A stretch of DNA of 64,000 nucleotides from Gordius albopunctatus (taxonomy: Eukaryota), in NCBI GenBank assembly GCA_964276515.1, contig OZ193910.1, forward strand, positions 2,542,001 through 2,606,000, in the 5' to 3' direction. This document shows, piece by piece, positions 12,321 to 25,700 of the stretch; the stretch's first letter is position 1; each line of letters opens with the position of its first letter. The notes under the pieces are model-generated. The model was not told the origin of the DNA, ran no database searches, and was given only the letters and a program-made list of their open reading frames with translations. A program made the position numbers and the translations under genes.

Positions 12321-15300
12321 TAATTTTCTCATGGAAAAAATGAGTGCTAGAAATAAATTATTCAATTCGTATTAAATAATTATGAATCGAAATTGTAAAT
12401 ATTCAAATACGAATAATAAATATTGAAATCATTGCGAATGGCTGAGATGCAAAATTGTAAATATTCAAAATAATACTTACAGATCACATTCGCTCCAACC
12501 ATTTCAGTCAGAATTACCTACGGATAATTATAATCAGAGAATCTTGCTTCATTAAATATACTTAATCGTTAATAATTTATGTAATTCTTGTGCTCTTGAA
12601 TAAATCTTTTCTCATAAATGTAACTTTTTCCAAATAATTAGAGGTTATATTTATATATTGACCCTTATAAAATTGTGTAATATCTCTAAAATTTGTAGAC
12701 ATTGCTAGTCTACACACATTATAATTTATTATCAAGACTATTTAACACATAAGATATTGTGCATATTAGTGTAATAAAGTGACAACGCTATTTTGCTCGT
12801 TAAAAAATTTTAAAATCAGCAAAACTTTTTATTTTTTGAATAAAAAATTTAAGATACCTACCAATAGTTAGCTACCACAACTCTGATATGGGATATTCTG
12901 TAAAGGCACTTTGGAGTTTTCCTCGGGGAGTAATAGATTATGTACCTGGCATTTTTTTTCAATTTGTATTTTCCTTGCTTCATTCAAATTCCAGGTAAAA
13001 ACCTAATAGTCGTTTCTTATGTTAACAAACACTTTCAACTCAAAAATCATATTACTAAATTTTAATGATTGACACTTGATCTATTAGGAATTCAGATTTT
13101 AACATTATTTATAGTAAACACTTTTGTAAGCTTAATTACCTTTACTTTCGTTTTTAAATAAAACTTCATAGTACCTATACTCTGTTTAAATATTTTTCAG
13201 TTATTTAAAAAATATGTTTAATTTGATTTTAATAAATGCTTAGTCTAATTTATATTCAATTTTTATTATATAATTGTAAAAAAATAAAGGAATGTTTTGA
13301 AATCAACAAAAATCTACTATAAATTTTTGTACATTTTTTACAATTTTTTCTTAAATTTTTTCACTCCATTTGCCATAAATATAGCTCCATTCATTTTAAT
13401 TTTATTTAAATTAGGAAAGTGTATAAAATCTCCTATCAAGAATCTAATTTATCCTTAAATACTACCTTATTAATTATAAAGTTCCTTATAAATTTTAACA
13501 TCATTTGCTATGAATTTATGGTTGCAAATTTTCATACTTATTAATTTTTTTGACATATTTTAATAAATCCTAACATGACATGATTTACTTTTTGAAAATT
13601 GAAGAATACATTAAACTCCTAAAATATTACCCTTATCTTAATGTATGGTACAAAAACTAAGGATTTGGCCCATGTGGTTTATTAATACAAGGGCAAGGGG
13701 AATGGTGGGTCTTTAAATTAAAATTCAAAGTTTTTTAAGCAGTACACTATTTAAGGGGGCCGCCCTTAGATAAATTTCCTCCAGATGGTTGCTTTGTAGT
13801 ATTTCAAAGTTTATAGCAAGTTACTTTCAATTCAATTAATCCACACAGCCATTTATTGCAAAAATAACTTTTTCCAATTAAATAGCCCCCCCCCCTCCCT
13901 ACTTACACTCTGCCATGTTTCTGCATACAAATCATCAAACACAATTATAACCGTTTTTACTATGGAAAAATTGAAAATTCAGGTACTTAAATTTTGTCTA
14001 ATTAAATCTTTGAACAATTTTTACAATATTTTAACGTAGAAATGATTAAGATTATTCGTTGGTGTAGCAGCATTTTATGCCTTTGTAACTTTTAGTAAGG
14101 ACTAGCGAGTGGGCTGAGCTGCCTTGCCTGCCTGCCTACTTAAATAAATATTTGTCCAGTGTAACCCCCCCCCCCCTCTTTAATATCCTTAAAGAATATA
14201 ATAAAAGTAAACCTTTTTTTATTACTTTTTTCTGGCATTGACCGCTCTAACGCTCTATATGCATTTATATGTTAAATTTTTGTTTAATACGCTGAAAATG
14301 GCTACAAATTAACGAATTTTTGCAATATCTTTGCCGTGAACATAGCAAAATGAAGGGGGGGGGGGCAAAGGGACGAGCTTTAAAAACTTTGATGCGATTT
14401 TTTCTTTAATTTGTTGTATATTGGAATTATATGGGTTTTAACCAGAATATATTAAAAAGGAGGGAGAATGGGCCTTTTATGCAAAAAATTCTATTGTAAA
14501 AACAGACTAGAAATTTATACCATAAAATTTGGAAATTTTTGGCCCACACGAATTTTCCCACGTCTTTTACAACTATTTTTGACGACCCCTCGCTATTTCG
14601 CGGTCTAAATTGTCGTTCAAATTGCTTTACATATTTGAAAAATTTTACTTTTAATTTTATAACCTAGCTCCCCCCCCCTAATGGTAATTCTGAACTTTAG
14701 CGCTTCTATTTTACCTTGTGTGGTGTACGGGCGGGCAGAGTGAGACATTTTGGCGAAATGGCTAGGCCATGCCACGTTAATGGCAATTTTTATTTTTTAT
14801 TAATAACCATTATTAATGATATTATTTTCGAAATATTAATATATCTTATACAATTTATGGGCTCCCTAGGGGTAGCTAAGGGGAAGGGCCCCTCTAAAAC
14901 CTCAAAAAAAATGTTGAAATTTATTAAAATTATGGTCAAAATTTCATGATAATTTAGCTCCTCCCTAAATGATTATTGCTTCTCTCTAATGCATGGTCCT
15001 GTCGTCGGTTTGCCCTGTTAATATATATCTATCTATAGTACCTTATATTTGAAGGCTATTAATCAAATAAAAATATAATTAATTTATCGGTGAAAGGCAC
15101 GTTTAAGACATTTATTAATATCTATCAAATTTAGGGAGTGTTGTGGCCATAGCTTTAAAAAAATCACTATCTACATTGGATGTTTTACAAATTTTAAATT
15201 TTTATAATGACTTTTAATTTGTAAATTTTTCCCCCTTTTCCCTTCAAGTTATATTTTTTTAAAGAAACCTGGCTCATAAAATGTTTTTTGGTCAAATTTA

Positions 15301-16893
15301 GAAGAGAATTAAGCGATAAAATTGCGGTATGTGACCTTTAGATTAGGGTGAACGCGAAACGTTCTCATCGCGTTTACAAAGTCTCTTAACTTCTCATCAG
15401 CTGTTGCAATTGTTGTTTTTTATCAATTAATTTTTTCCCCATATAAGTTTATTACCAAATTGTAAAACCATCCAAATCGTTTTGTGTTTCATAATTAGTC
15501 TCAAACTTTTTTTTGGGGCGAGGTTAATAGGGCCATCATCAGAATATACCTATGATTGTATTGTTGTTGAACCTAACATAAATAAACGGACCAACGGGGT
15601 GGTTTGACTAAACCCCTATCTATTATCGCGACTAAAAATGAAAGATTAAAAACCTTTGGTTTTATACATGAAGCAGGAATACTCAATTTCAATATATATA
15701 TATATTATATAACAGCTCCTTATCAAGCCCCAGGTGCTACGTCTATCTCTAAAACAAGTTTCTATGATTTAAGGGTTAATAAATTCAATTTTTTACGACG
15801 AAACCGATTCCGTCGTAAAGTACCGGATTTTTGACTTTAAAAGGACCGTAACCCCAAAACTATTGGTTCAAACGAGCCAAAACACCCAGAAATTAATCAT
15901 TATAAATAGTTTATACACATTCTCCCAAAATTGTATAAAGATCGGGAGGCACGGGAATTAGAGGGGGGGGGGGAGCAAAATGATCACTTTCTTAACTTTT
16001 AGCCATAATTTTATAAAATCTCAATAAACTTGTGCAGTTGAAAGTGTCTTTTTTATGATCGATTTGAACGCATCAAATTATTATCATCGCCACTTCAATA
16101 ATATTTTTCTTGATTATTGTCGAGTTTCTAATATCAATCAATTGTAATTTCCCCCAAAAGTTGTGGTTTTAATGTCATCCGAAAGGATCTCGTGCTTTAT
16201 TTTATTACATCATGACGATTAAAGGTGCAGAAACATATCCTTAAAGGGGTTGGGGGGGGGGCGTTAAAGAGGATTATCTTTTTAGATGAGATATTGGTAA
16301 TTGATTCTAAGAATCGATAAAGGTGAATTGATCGATATTCCAAGGTTTTCATAGCTTTTTTATATATCGAAGAAAGTATTTGATTTTTTTGTAACTCCAC
16401 TAGGTTTTACATTAAGAACGAGAAATCACGAAGAAAAAAAATTCGCGCGAAATTGGGAGTACGTTAACATTTATAACCAAACTTTTCTTCATATTTAAAT
16501 TCTAATATTTTTTAGTTATACGCGGCAAGGTCCGATTTAATGTTTATTATGTTTTATATGCGCTGTCCCCTTCCCCCTTCCTCAAATGTTTCAAATGCCC
16601 CCCGCCCCTCTAAATTAAAAAATTTGTGGAAAATTACACCTAAAATTTTGAAAAATGGTCATTTTGCCCCTCTCCCATAATTCCAATGCTGGCTAAGCCC
16701 CTGTAAATGGGTTATAAAATTATGATGCAATTCTAAATAAAAATCAACTTGCCCCCCCCTTCAATATCCCCTTTAATTAGAGTCCTCTACGGGCGGCTTG
16801 ACTTGGCTCAAACCCTGGCCGAAGCTAATAAATAATATTAAACTTATTTTTTTTTTCATAAATCACGATGCGAGGATTTTTGATGCGGGCAGG

Positions 16894-17079
16894 TAGAGTT
16901 GTTAAATTGCTAACTTTCTTCAACTCCAGCTACCATCCGCTCGAGTTTCTGCTCGGCCCTCGAGAATTTTTATATGCTACTGTTCTGCCTAGTGCACCGA
17001 ACAGAGAGCGCATATTGCGCAACTCAGTGTACGTACTCGCGTATGGAGTTTGAAGCAAGTTAGCAATTTAACAACTCTA
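16894..17079. mobile_element. hAT-type MITE (TAGAGTTGTTAAATTGCTAACTT TIR)
   Basis: TIRs of about 23 bp or more, with a perfect 8-bp TSD CGGGCAGG. A second copy lies at 48794-48996. Confidence 0.88.
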
Positions 17080-17313
17080 CGGGCAGGGATTTCAGATCAA
17101 TGCGGTTGAGATAAAATAAATGTCGAGGTGAAGCAAAAAATCAAATTATAGCCCTGTAGGTTATTTTAATTTAAAAAAATTAAGGAAATGGCGTGGATAT
17201 GACCTCATATATGGGAAGAATTTTTCCGCCTATAAGCTCATATATCTCAAACCCTGGACCATTGGGGGAAAACAAAACACGCTATTGTCACCCGTAAAAT
17301 TCTCTATCACAAT

Positions 17314-17484
17314 CATGGGCGTAGCCAAGCGGGGGGCAGCTGCCCCCCCCCCCCCGACAAATTCAAAAGTTTGTGGAAAATTTATTTAAATTATGGCTAA
17401 AATTTCCAAAAATTATCATTTTGCCCCTCGTTAAATTATTATTATTACCCCTTCAAACCCAATGCTATGCTAGCTACGTCCATC
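17314..17484. mobile_element. hAT-type MITE (CATGGGCGTA family)
   Basis: TIRs CATGGGCGTAGC...GCTACGTCCATC, with 8-bp TSD ATCACAAT. Confidence 0.85.
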
Positions 17485-18179
17485 ATCACAATTAATTTGC
17501 AAATGCTGTGTTTTTAATTACTGATTAGAAGTAAGTACATTTATTCAATTTTTATAAATATGTGCTTTAAATGTCGTAGATGTACGTAATGAACTTAGCC
17601 TAAAAGTTGGCATTTGAAAAGATAGCTAATCCTGGTTGGACCTCGGGCTGGTCGAAAATTAAAAATTTAGCTATTGGACTCTGTCCAAAACATCAGGCTG
17701 GGGCATATGAAAAGCAATTTTGCTGCTGAATTCCCCGTGTCGTAAAAAGGGCTGCGCTTTGTTTGCCCCCCCCCCTTTGGTTCATCTAAGGGGGCCTCTT
17801 AAAATGCGATTTTGCATAGATGCAAAAAAACGAATGCGCGTTACACTTATACGAGCGTCACGTCACTTTTTTCTAAATATTTTTCTTCTGTTTTTGCTCA
17901 TAAAACAAATATATATATTTATATCCTTTAAATACGCTTATTAATGCATATTCATACATACGGTAACTAAATGGAAATTGTTGATTGCAATATTTAGACA
18001 AACAAAAATATGGCGATTGAAGTTGAACCGTATATTAAGACGGGATGGGGGTGGGAGGGCCCTCCTAAGACTATCGGTCTATTCTGGTCTATTTTTCAAA
18101 TTTCCACTAAGTCCAAATGTCGACCAAGAAAATTCGACCAAAAATTATTCAAAACACTAACCTATGAATTGACTTATTC

Positions 18180-18810
18180 TTACATTACAGCAGCAGCAGC
18201 AGCAGCAGCAACGTCTTTCTTCCTCTTTCTTCTTCCTAAAAAAACAATTTTTGTATGTCATGGCAGGTCCTAACCTCTCACATCTATTTCCAAGCCCGCG
18301 CGCTCGCTCGCTCTAGGTTGCGATTCGGCGCTCTACTATTTCAAAAGTAGGGGAAGGGGGGGGGGCAAAGGGGGTATCGGATCCCCGGTGAAAAATGTGT
18401 ATGGCGGCGCACCAGAGGGGGGAATTGATATTACGAGAACTTGTTGGAGATAAACACTCTGGAACCGCACGCACACCCATAGCAATTATTATTATATCTC
18501 TCTCACATTACACTTTTAAAAGTTTTATTATATTATAATAGCACAGCTCTTTGTTGGCCCCGCTGAGCGCGCGCCCCTGCCTGTTACCTACCACTACCAC
18601 AAAACTGAGAGCAAACTTTTCTCGAAATTTCTAGGTTTGGTTGCTGCTCGGTTGTTGTGGTGAGATGAGAAATTGTTTTGTTTGCATTCCTTCTTCCTAC
18701 ACTCCCCCTTCTCCCATATATACTTTTAAGTTTGAACCGTCGTCAATTGAATCGATTAGTTAGGCTAATGTGTATTGGGGGGCCGCGGCGGCGGCGGCGG
18801 GCGGTTAAAA
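18180..18810 (+). promoter_or_regulatory. GC/CpG-richer patch, possible promoter or 5'UTR of the ASPP gene
   Basis: (CAG)n, CGCGCGCTCGCTCGCTC and (GGC)n tracts in an AT-rich background, about 1 kb upstream of the first confident ASPP exon. Compositional evidence only. Confidence 0.3.
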
Positions 18811-19766
18811 ATACCCGTTGCTCTTTTTACAAGAACCTAGGAGAGGCAGCACGGGTTTACACAAAAGGTAGAGGGAGACCGGAAGGGGCATTTGCCCCCC
18901 CCCTCTATCGCACTCTCTTAATTAATTTCATTTTATATCTAAAAATTTTATTAAATCTCGTCATTTTATTCCCCTCTAAATCATTGGGGTGGTAGTTAGA
19001 ACCTTAGTAAATTAATTGAATGAATAGGGGCTCCTGACCTTCCATATATTCGATTTTTATTTCGGCGATGAAGTTGGTTGATTTTGTTTTAAAGAAACTT
19101 TTCGGTAGGGTTTCTCGTTGAAATTGGCATTGGTGTATATTAATTTTGGACCAGAAATGTCAGTTCGATACTTTGGTTTTAGGCAACTAAACATAGTCAC
19201 CAGAGACCGTAAATTTTAACTTTCGGGCGGGCACTATAACAAGATTCGGGCTCAATTTAGTTTTTAAAATAATGTATTATATTGTTTTTGTGTATATTTT
19301 GCCTTTTAAATTGATTTCATAATGTTTGTTAATCCAGTTCTCATTTCAAAAAAATCAAAAATTAAGATAAAATTTGTAAAAAATGTAACGATATTAGTGC
19401 TAAAAATTTTGAAACACACCATTTCGGTCAGCTGGGATAATTCGGGCATTGTCTGGCGGACACATAGAAGGGTTGGGGCGGGCGGGCAGATTAATTATAA
19501 AATCGGGCCGGACCTGGTTCGGGCAGAAAAATTGTAACAAATCTGACCTCTGATAGTTTCACCCCTAGTGGTGGGGATACCCGAGGTTTTATAAAACTTA
19601 ATCTAAGTCGTTGGCTTAGGTAAGGCTTTGCTCTGCTTATGCGATTAAAGAAAGACTATGTGGCTAAAACCCAAAGGTCGACCAACTGCCCCCCCCCCTG
19701 CCCCCAATAATTAATTTCTATTTTTTCCCCTCAATTACTCCTTAGTATGATGGGAAGCGTTCCAAC

Positions 19767-22700
19767 ATGTCGATTTCCCCAATTCTAGCCGGCATGGATC
19801 AGAAGGTTCCGAACGGGGTTAATCATGGTTCCCACCTCCTAACTGATCCCATCAAAAAACTATCCACTAACGGTGACATCCCTAATGGTTAGTATGCATA
19901 TTTCATCAAGTTTCGCACAAATTAGTTGCTCCTAAATTTTAGTTTCACGTTGGACTGGTCAAACTGAGCTTGGGATGAAACTTTGTTTTCTTACGAAATA
20001 GTGAGAAACCTTAAGAGCTGTCGTTCGGTTCGAAATCGCCCTAAATTGAGTTGGACTTCTAGCTAGAGAACTGCAAAGTAACCTTTTTTCAACCCGAGAC
20101 CGAATCGACCCGAAAGCATTTTAAAATTTTTACCCCGACCCGAAGACATTTCTGAATTTTGAATCGGTTTGGGTTTCGGGACAAGCGTGCAGGTCTCTAG
20201 CTCTATACTAAACAGGAAAGATGGTCTAAATTATATATATCGACATTTTTGCCATCTATTATAATTATGATTTTCAAAGCTAAATTGTGCCGCACTTGTG
20301 CAATTTTAATCAATTTTATTAATCCGTTAAAAATGTTTATCATCTTTTCAGGACACGGCGGACCCTGCTTGAATGGCTTTAAAAACGGGTCGAGCTTTGC
20401 CCATCACCTCCGAAAAATGTCACATAAATATGGAGTAGCCGACGGTGCAGCCACATTGGACCACAAGTTGAACCAACTGGTAAGAGCGTTTTCACCTAAT
20501 TAAAGACCAATTTATTCAAAACTGTTGCGCGTTTTTGTTAAGCCAATTTTTAAGGCATTAAAATTTAGAATGTTGATATTAATTAAAAAGATTAAACTAA
20601 TGTAACTAAAATTAAGTTTGAAAATATTGTACAATTTATAGTGAGATTTTATTACACGCGCTACAATTAGTTAGAGTTGCCTAAAGCAACAATATGTCTC
20701 TCTTTATAATATTCACTGATTATGAAAATTAAAACACTCCTGTCGTCACTTAGATTTTTAAAAGCGAAATAATTATTTAGATTCTACATAATTAATAATA
20801 CTTGTCAACAAAATTTGACTTGTAGAATCAGCCGGCAAACTGTTTGCAGATTCTTGTAGACGTTTTACGGCGAACAAAAAATATTTTTTGGTGAAGTTTT
20901 CAAATATTTGCCGACAAATTGATACGTCAATAAATTGCCCATTAATCGGTTGAATTTTAGTTTAATAAATTGATTTATAAATAAAGGAGAGAGGGGAGAT
21001 CCATCAAAAACGCCTAGCTCTATTAAATTATCATCTATATTGAAAATTAATTGACAATTTGCCCAGACTAAAGGTCGCCCTCCCTTCGCTTTGAAACTTG
21101 GAATTAAGTGATTGTTGTTTATCTACTGCTACTTCCGGCCCGGGCTTTTACGAGATTCTGCTTTAATATCGTAATATAACTTAACGGGATCGGGCTGGGC
21201 CTAGATGCACGAAAGGCCCGCTAAAAGCTCTTTACAAAATTAATTAGATTTATATCTGTATTTTATAACGGGTAAACAAGATTTGGTTTTTATAATGTTG
21301 GAATTTATAATTATTCGATATTTTTTGAAACAACAAAGATTTAATGGATTTCTTTCCCCCTTTTTACAAATCAAATTATACCAAAATTTTACCGCTTAAT
21401 TTGCAAGTTATCGACGCTTGGAAAACGGCAAAATCCCCGTTTTTAGCAACTTTTAGAGCAAATATTTCAAAAATTTGGAGTATATCGGGGGGGGGGGGCG
21501 GGAATTAAGAATATATTCGCGTTCACCGCTAAAAACTCCACCAAAATCTGCAAACATCCCCCACAATTTTACTAAAAAAATAAATATAAACTTTTATTTC
21601 GATCTATCTAGCGATCTTGTATCATGGCTAGGCCGAAGGAAGAGTTGATGAAGATAGCCTCATACCAGAGTGACCAAATCCAGGGCTACAATTTCGACCG
21701 AGCGCCCCCCAACGGTCAAGGTGAATTAATTAGCCACTTTTCAAAAGCACTAGTGTTGTAAAAAGGACTGGCCTTCGATTTTACTAAAACTGATTCTGGT
21801 CCCTTTTTCAAATTTCCACCAAGTCCGGTGGTTCGACGAAGGAACACAGGCCAAAACGGGCGTCTTTACAACGCTAATAGTGACACTAATGCGTTATATT
21901 TTTTTATAGATTGTATTTTTGTAACGATATTGGATGGCCTAACTAGCGCCTAGGCCGGAAATACTAAAATGGCTACGAAATTATCCATTTAAATATAAAA
22001 ATTACTTCTTTTATGGGTGGCAAGCATAGATAGGAACAATTTTCTAACTTCGATTAAAATATGCGATTTCCTAATTCCATATGATTTTTGTCGAATTTTT
22101 AGTCATGAAATGAATTAAAAACTAAATTTTTAATTTTAAAAACCCGAAAACCGGATCAAAAATTACTAAATATTTGTTTTAAAAAATTTATGCACATTTT
22201 CGGGTCGACTTTGCATTTTTTTAATTCCTGAAATTTGTTTTGGTCTTTTAGCAGGTGTGGGGTGCAAAAAACTCATCGCAGAACGCAAGGAAGAGTTGAG
22301 GTTGCTGATGACCAAATTGGATACGCTAAACGCCGAATTACATCGCATGCGGCAACGCAAAAGTTCGGGCCTGAGCCTAGACTCCGGCCCCAAAACACGT
22401 GATTGCGAGCGAATCGAGCGCCTTAAAGAAATTTATAAAGTAACGCACCGCACCGCCACACACATTTTTTGATCGATCTTCTTAAGTGGTGGGCTTGTTA
22501 AAACGGAAATTTTAGGTGAGAAAAGTAGTTTCCCTTTGCCTCCATTGTTGATTTGATCCCTAAAGGAGTGGATAAATGGTTTGCATTTTATTAACATTGT
22601 GAGCCTATTGTCAAGCTTTGTTCACCACCTAGCACATCTACAAAATATCCTGTAATCGCTGCCTTGAATCCAATTACTTTCCGCATCTCACATGCCGTCG

Positions 22701-25700
22701 TATTGTTATATAGCGAGTCAATTAAAGTATACGACCCACTGGAATTTAAAACATAATTCTTGCAACTTAGTTGATTATTCCTCGACAATCTATAGATCCC
22801 TATTACGAAATTTTAAGAATTCTCACAATAAACATCGGTTTCGAATAATAAGCCTTTTAAGTGATGAGAAATACACTTTGGGGTTTGTTTGGTAAAGTGG
22901 AAAACCTCCAATTTACGTCTTTATTATTGTAGGATAAGAGCGCGCTTTGCGTCGAACAAGACGCCAAAATAAGCCATCACCAGCGTTTCCTCTACGATTT
23001 GCAACACGATCTTTCCTCCATCATCAAGCAACTGGAAGTTACCTCTCGTCAACTATACCAACACGACGAAAGCTCAATGTTGGTTGCCCAGGCACCGCCT
23101 CCAACTTCCATGCCCCTACCAAAAAGTACATCAGGTTAGTGGTCTACTTTAGCAAAAAGCTATGCAAAGCCTCTGCCCTAAGGCACTTTTATTAAAGTCC
23201 GGTAGAGTTTGGGTTAAAAAACGAAAAATAAAGTCAAAGGTTGATACTTTTAGTGATGTTGTCAGGTTTGATTCACGTTTTTTACGTTTTAATATACTAG
23301 GATCGGTTGGGGTTAAAGTCGGGATAGGGTTGATGAATGTTGAGAAGAAACGTTTTTTGCTCGCGTTTCATTTGAAAAATTAGCCCCCGAGAGTGTAATG
23401 ACATAATTGAACCTTTTAGTCAAATTTTTTGAAGAATAAATGAAAGCGTCTAAATTTTTCACTAATTCCACTTTAAGCCGATCAAAAGGTAGATAATTAT
23501 AAAATATGCATTTTTAAATGTTGTAAAAACGACTGGGTCATGTTTGGTCCACCTTTAGGTTTAGTCGAAATTTGAAAAAGAGACTAGAGCTAATCCTTAA
23601 TATTAGTTTTACAACAATAGTGTATGTATACTTCATGTTTAATCGTTTGCCAATTTCTATTTTTGGATGGAAAAAGATGTAAGTCACTAAAAAGATGACG
23701 ACCATCTTTTATGATTATACGAAGGCCCAACAGGTGCCCCCCCCCTCCCACAGATCTGTTTTGTGGCACACAAATTATAATTGGCCCTTATTCGCGCCCC
23801 ATAATTTTGAACACTATTTGTATTTAGCCCGTTCTCCGACCCTTGTAACGCCGTGTAGTAAGCTAGAATATGCGGATATCATTCGCTGTAGCCCGCAAAA
23901 AACTTCAACTTGCCTCCCACCTCCGTGCCCCTACTATACCACTAGCTTGGTTGGAGCCTCCATCTCGAATCGCATAACGCCTTCCACCCTTCCCCTGGGC
24001 TCCGCTATCCCCTGGCACCCACCGAAAGCGGCTTTCTGTAGTTCTTCTAAGCTACTCGACGAACCCCCACAACACATTTACGCCAGAATAGGGTTGGTGG
24101 GCTCTAGCTCGCTCAAGTAAGAATTATTGCGAGCTTTAATTGGCCTCTTGGGGCGATGCTTTTTGAACGAGCGATAAAGTTGCACAAGTTTGTAAAAGAG
24201 GAGTCTTGGTTATTTTTAATAAAAACAGCAAAAATTTTAAATCAAGGATTGTCTCGAAACTTTTGAAGTGTTGTATGATGAAGGGTTAAAGTAATTGTTT
24301 TGTTTTGGAAATGAAAAACATATAAAAATTAAAGTTTTCATCGCCATAATCCCTTTATTTTTACCGTTTATGTCAAAATTGAAAGGGTTTTTCTTTAAAG
24401 GTAGTGGTTTAAGCTAAAACTTTCAGAATTTCATAATATCAATAGTGTTTATAAGCTTTCACCAAATTTCATAATAATCCGACAGGGTGGGGCGAATAAT
24501 GCGTTTTTATGATCGATTTAACATATAATGCCCCTGGGATGTGAAAACAATCTGTATTGAATTAGGTATAGGCTAATTTATCTATAATTTATTTTAAAAT
24601 TGTTTAACGGGGGGGGGGGGCTTAATGGTTCATGGCTAGGTTTTAACTGAAAATTGTTCTAGATAACCTTAAGGCTAATATAAATTGAGGCCCAATTTTT
24701 TAGTCAGACCCCTCGAGGATGAGTTGTAAAAATATAAATAAGCACTAGGCATGAAATGATATTAAAATTACCTTAGTCGCTTATTTCATCGTTTGTTTGC
24801 CCAGGTATTTTAACTAATGTTTTTGGAAAAGGGGAATTAAACCTTAATTTAATCTGCCTCAGGACGAGTAATAATGAAACGCCCGACGAGCGAAATCCAA
24901 ATTTCAGACCCGGCCACGCAACCATACCCAGGCCTTCGATCTCCGTACCATCAAGTAACGTCCCCTCCTGCCTCGACAAATTCGATTGCGGGCTGGAAGA
25001 AAATGGGAATTTCCACGCCGCCCTAACCGGCGTCAAATTGGAAAAATTCCATTTCAACCCGCATTCCCTCAAAAGTTTGCGAAGGCGCCACAGCTATGCC
25101 GAACCCATACAGGGTCCGACCCCCGGTTTAGAACCAACTCATTTAGCGGATTATCATCTGGATGCACCCAATAGTGGTAATGATAGTATGCCGAATAAGG
25201 ATGCCATACCTGAGATTAGTAGACGCAATGGTTATGACTCGGACTACGCGTACCCAAATTATCATGATTCCCTCAATAACTCTGACTCATCCAAGCTCGA
25301 CAATGTCACAGTGTCGACTAGCCCCTATTCCTACCCTAGTTCCCATCTCCGACCCGCCCCGCCTCCTAAAGACCAAACAGAGCCATCTTTAAATGTCCCG
25401 ATGGAAAATGGGACGGGCCGGGACCACGTCCTACCCAGCTCTTCCGAGGTTGAATGCAATGCGGGCAGTGGAAGCAGTGGCGAAGAAAGCTGGCAAACGG
25501 TTACCACCACTACCATACCCTCGCTTTACAATAGCGGGCCCGCTAGCTGCGCGAGCTACCCTCGCGCGGATTCGAACCCCGTACATTATGACAGCGACGA
25601 AGAAGGGGACTTTAATACTGCGGTAGTTACGGACCAAGGAAATTCTTTATCTCCACCCCCTAGTAGCGCCCGAGAATTTTATAACGACATGGAATCGTTC

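Noticed and set aside
13050..13620. Possible very old CR1/L2 RT relic (similar hint at about 37450-38030)
   Set aside because: Only faint motif echoes among many stops; this cannot be supported without a profile search.
15345..15402. Second hammerhead-like fold on the minus strand (CUGAUGAG, stem II, long stem III, UUC)
   Set aside because: The GAAA box reads GUAA and helix I cannot pair, so it is at best a dead relic.
24773..25637. Multiple alternative-frame ORFs in the large ASPP exon
   Set aside because: They are by-products of a GC-richer exon; only one frame is splice-phase consistent.
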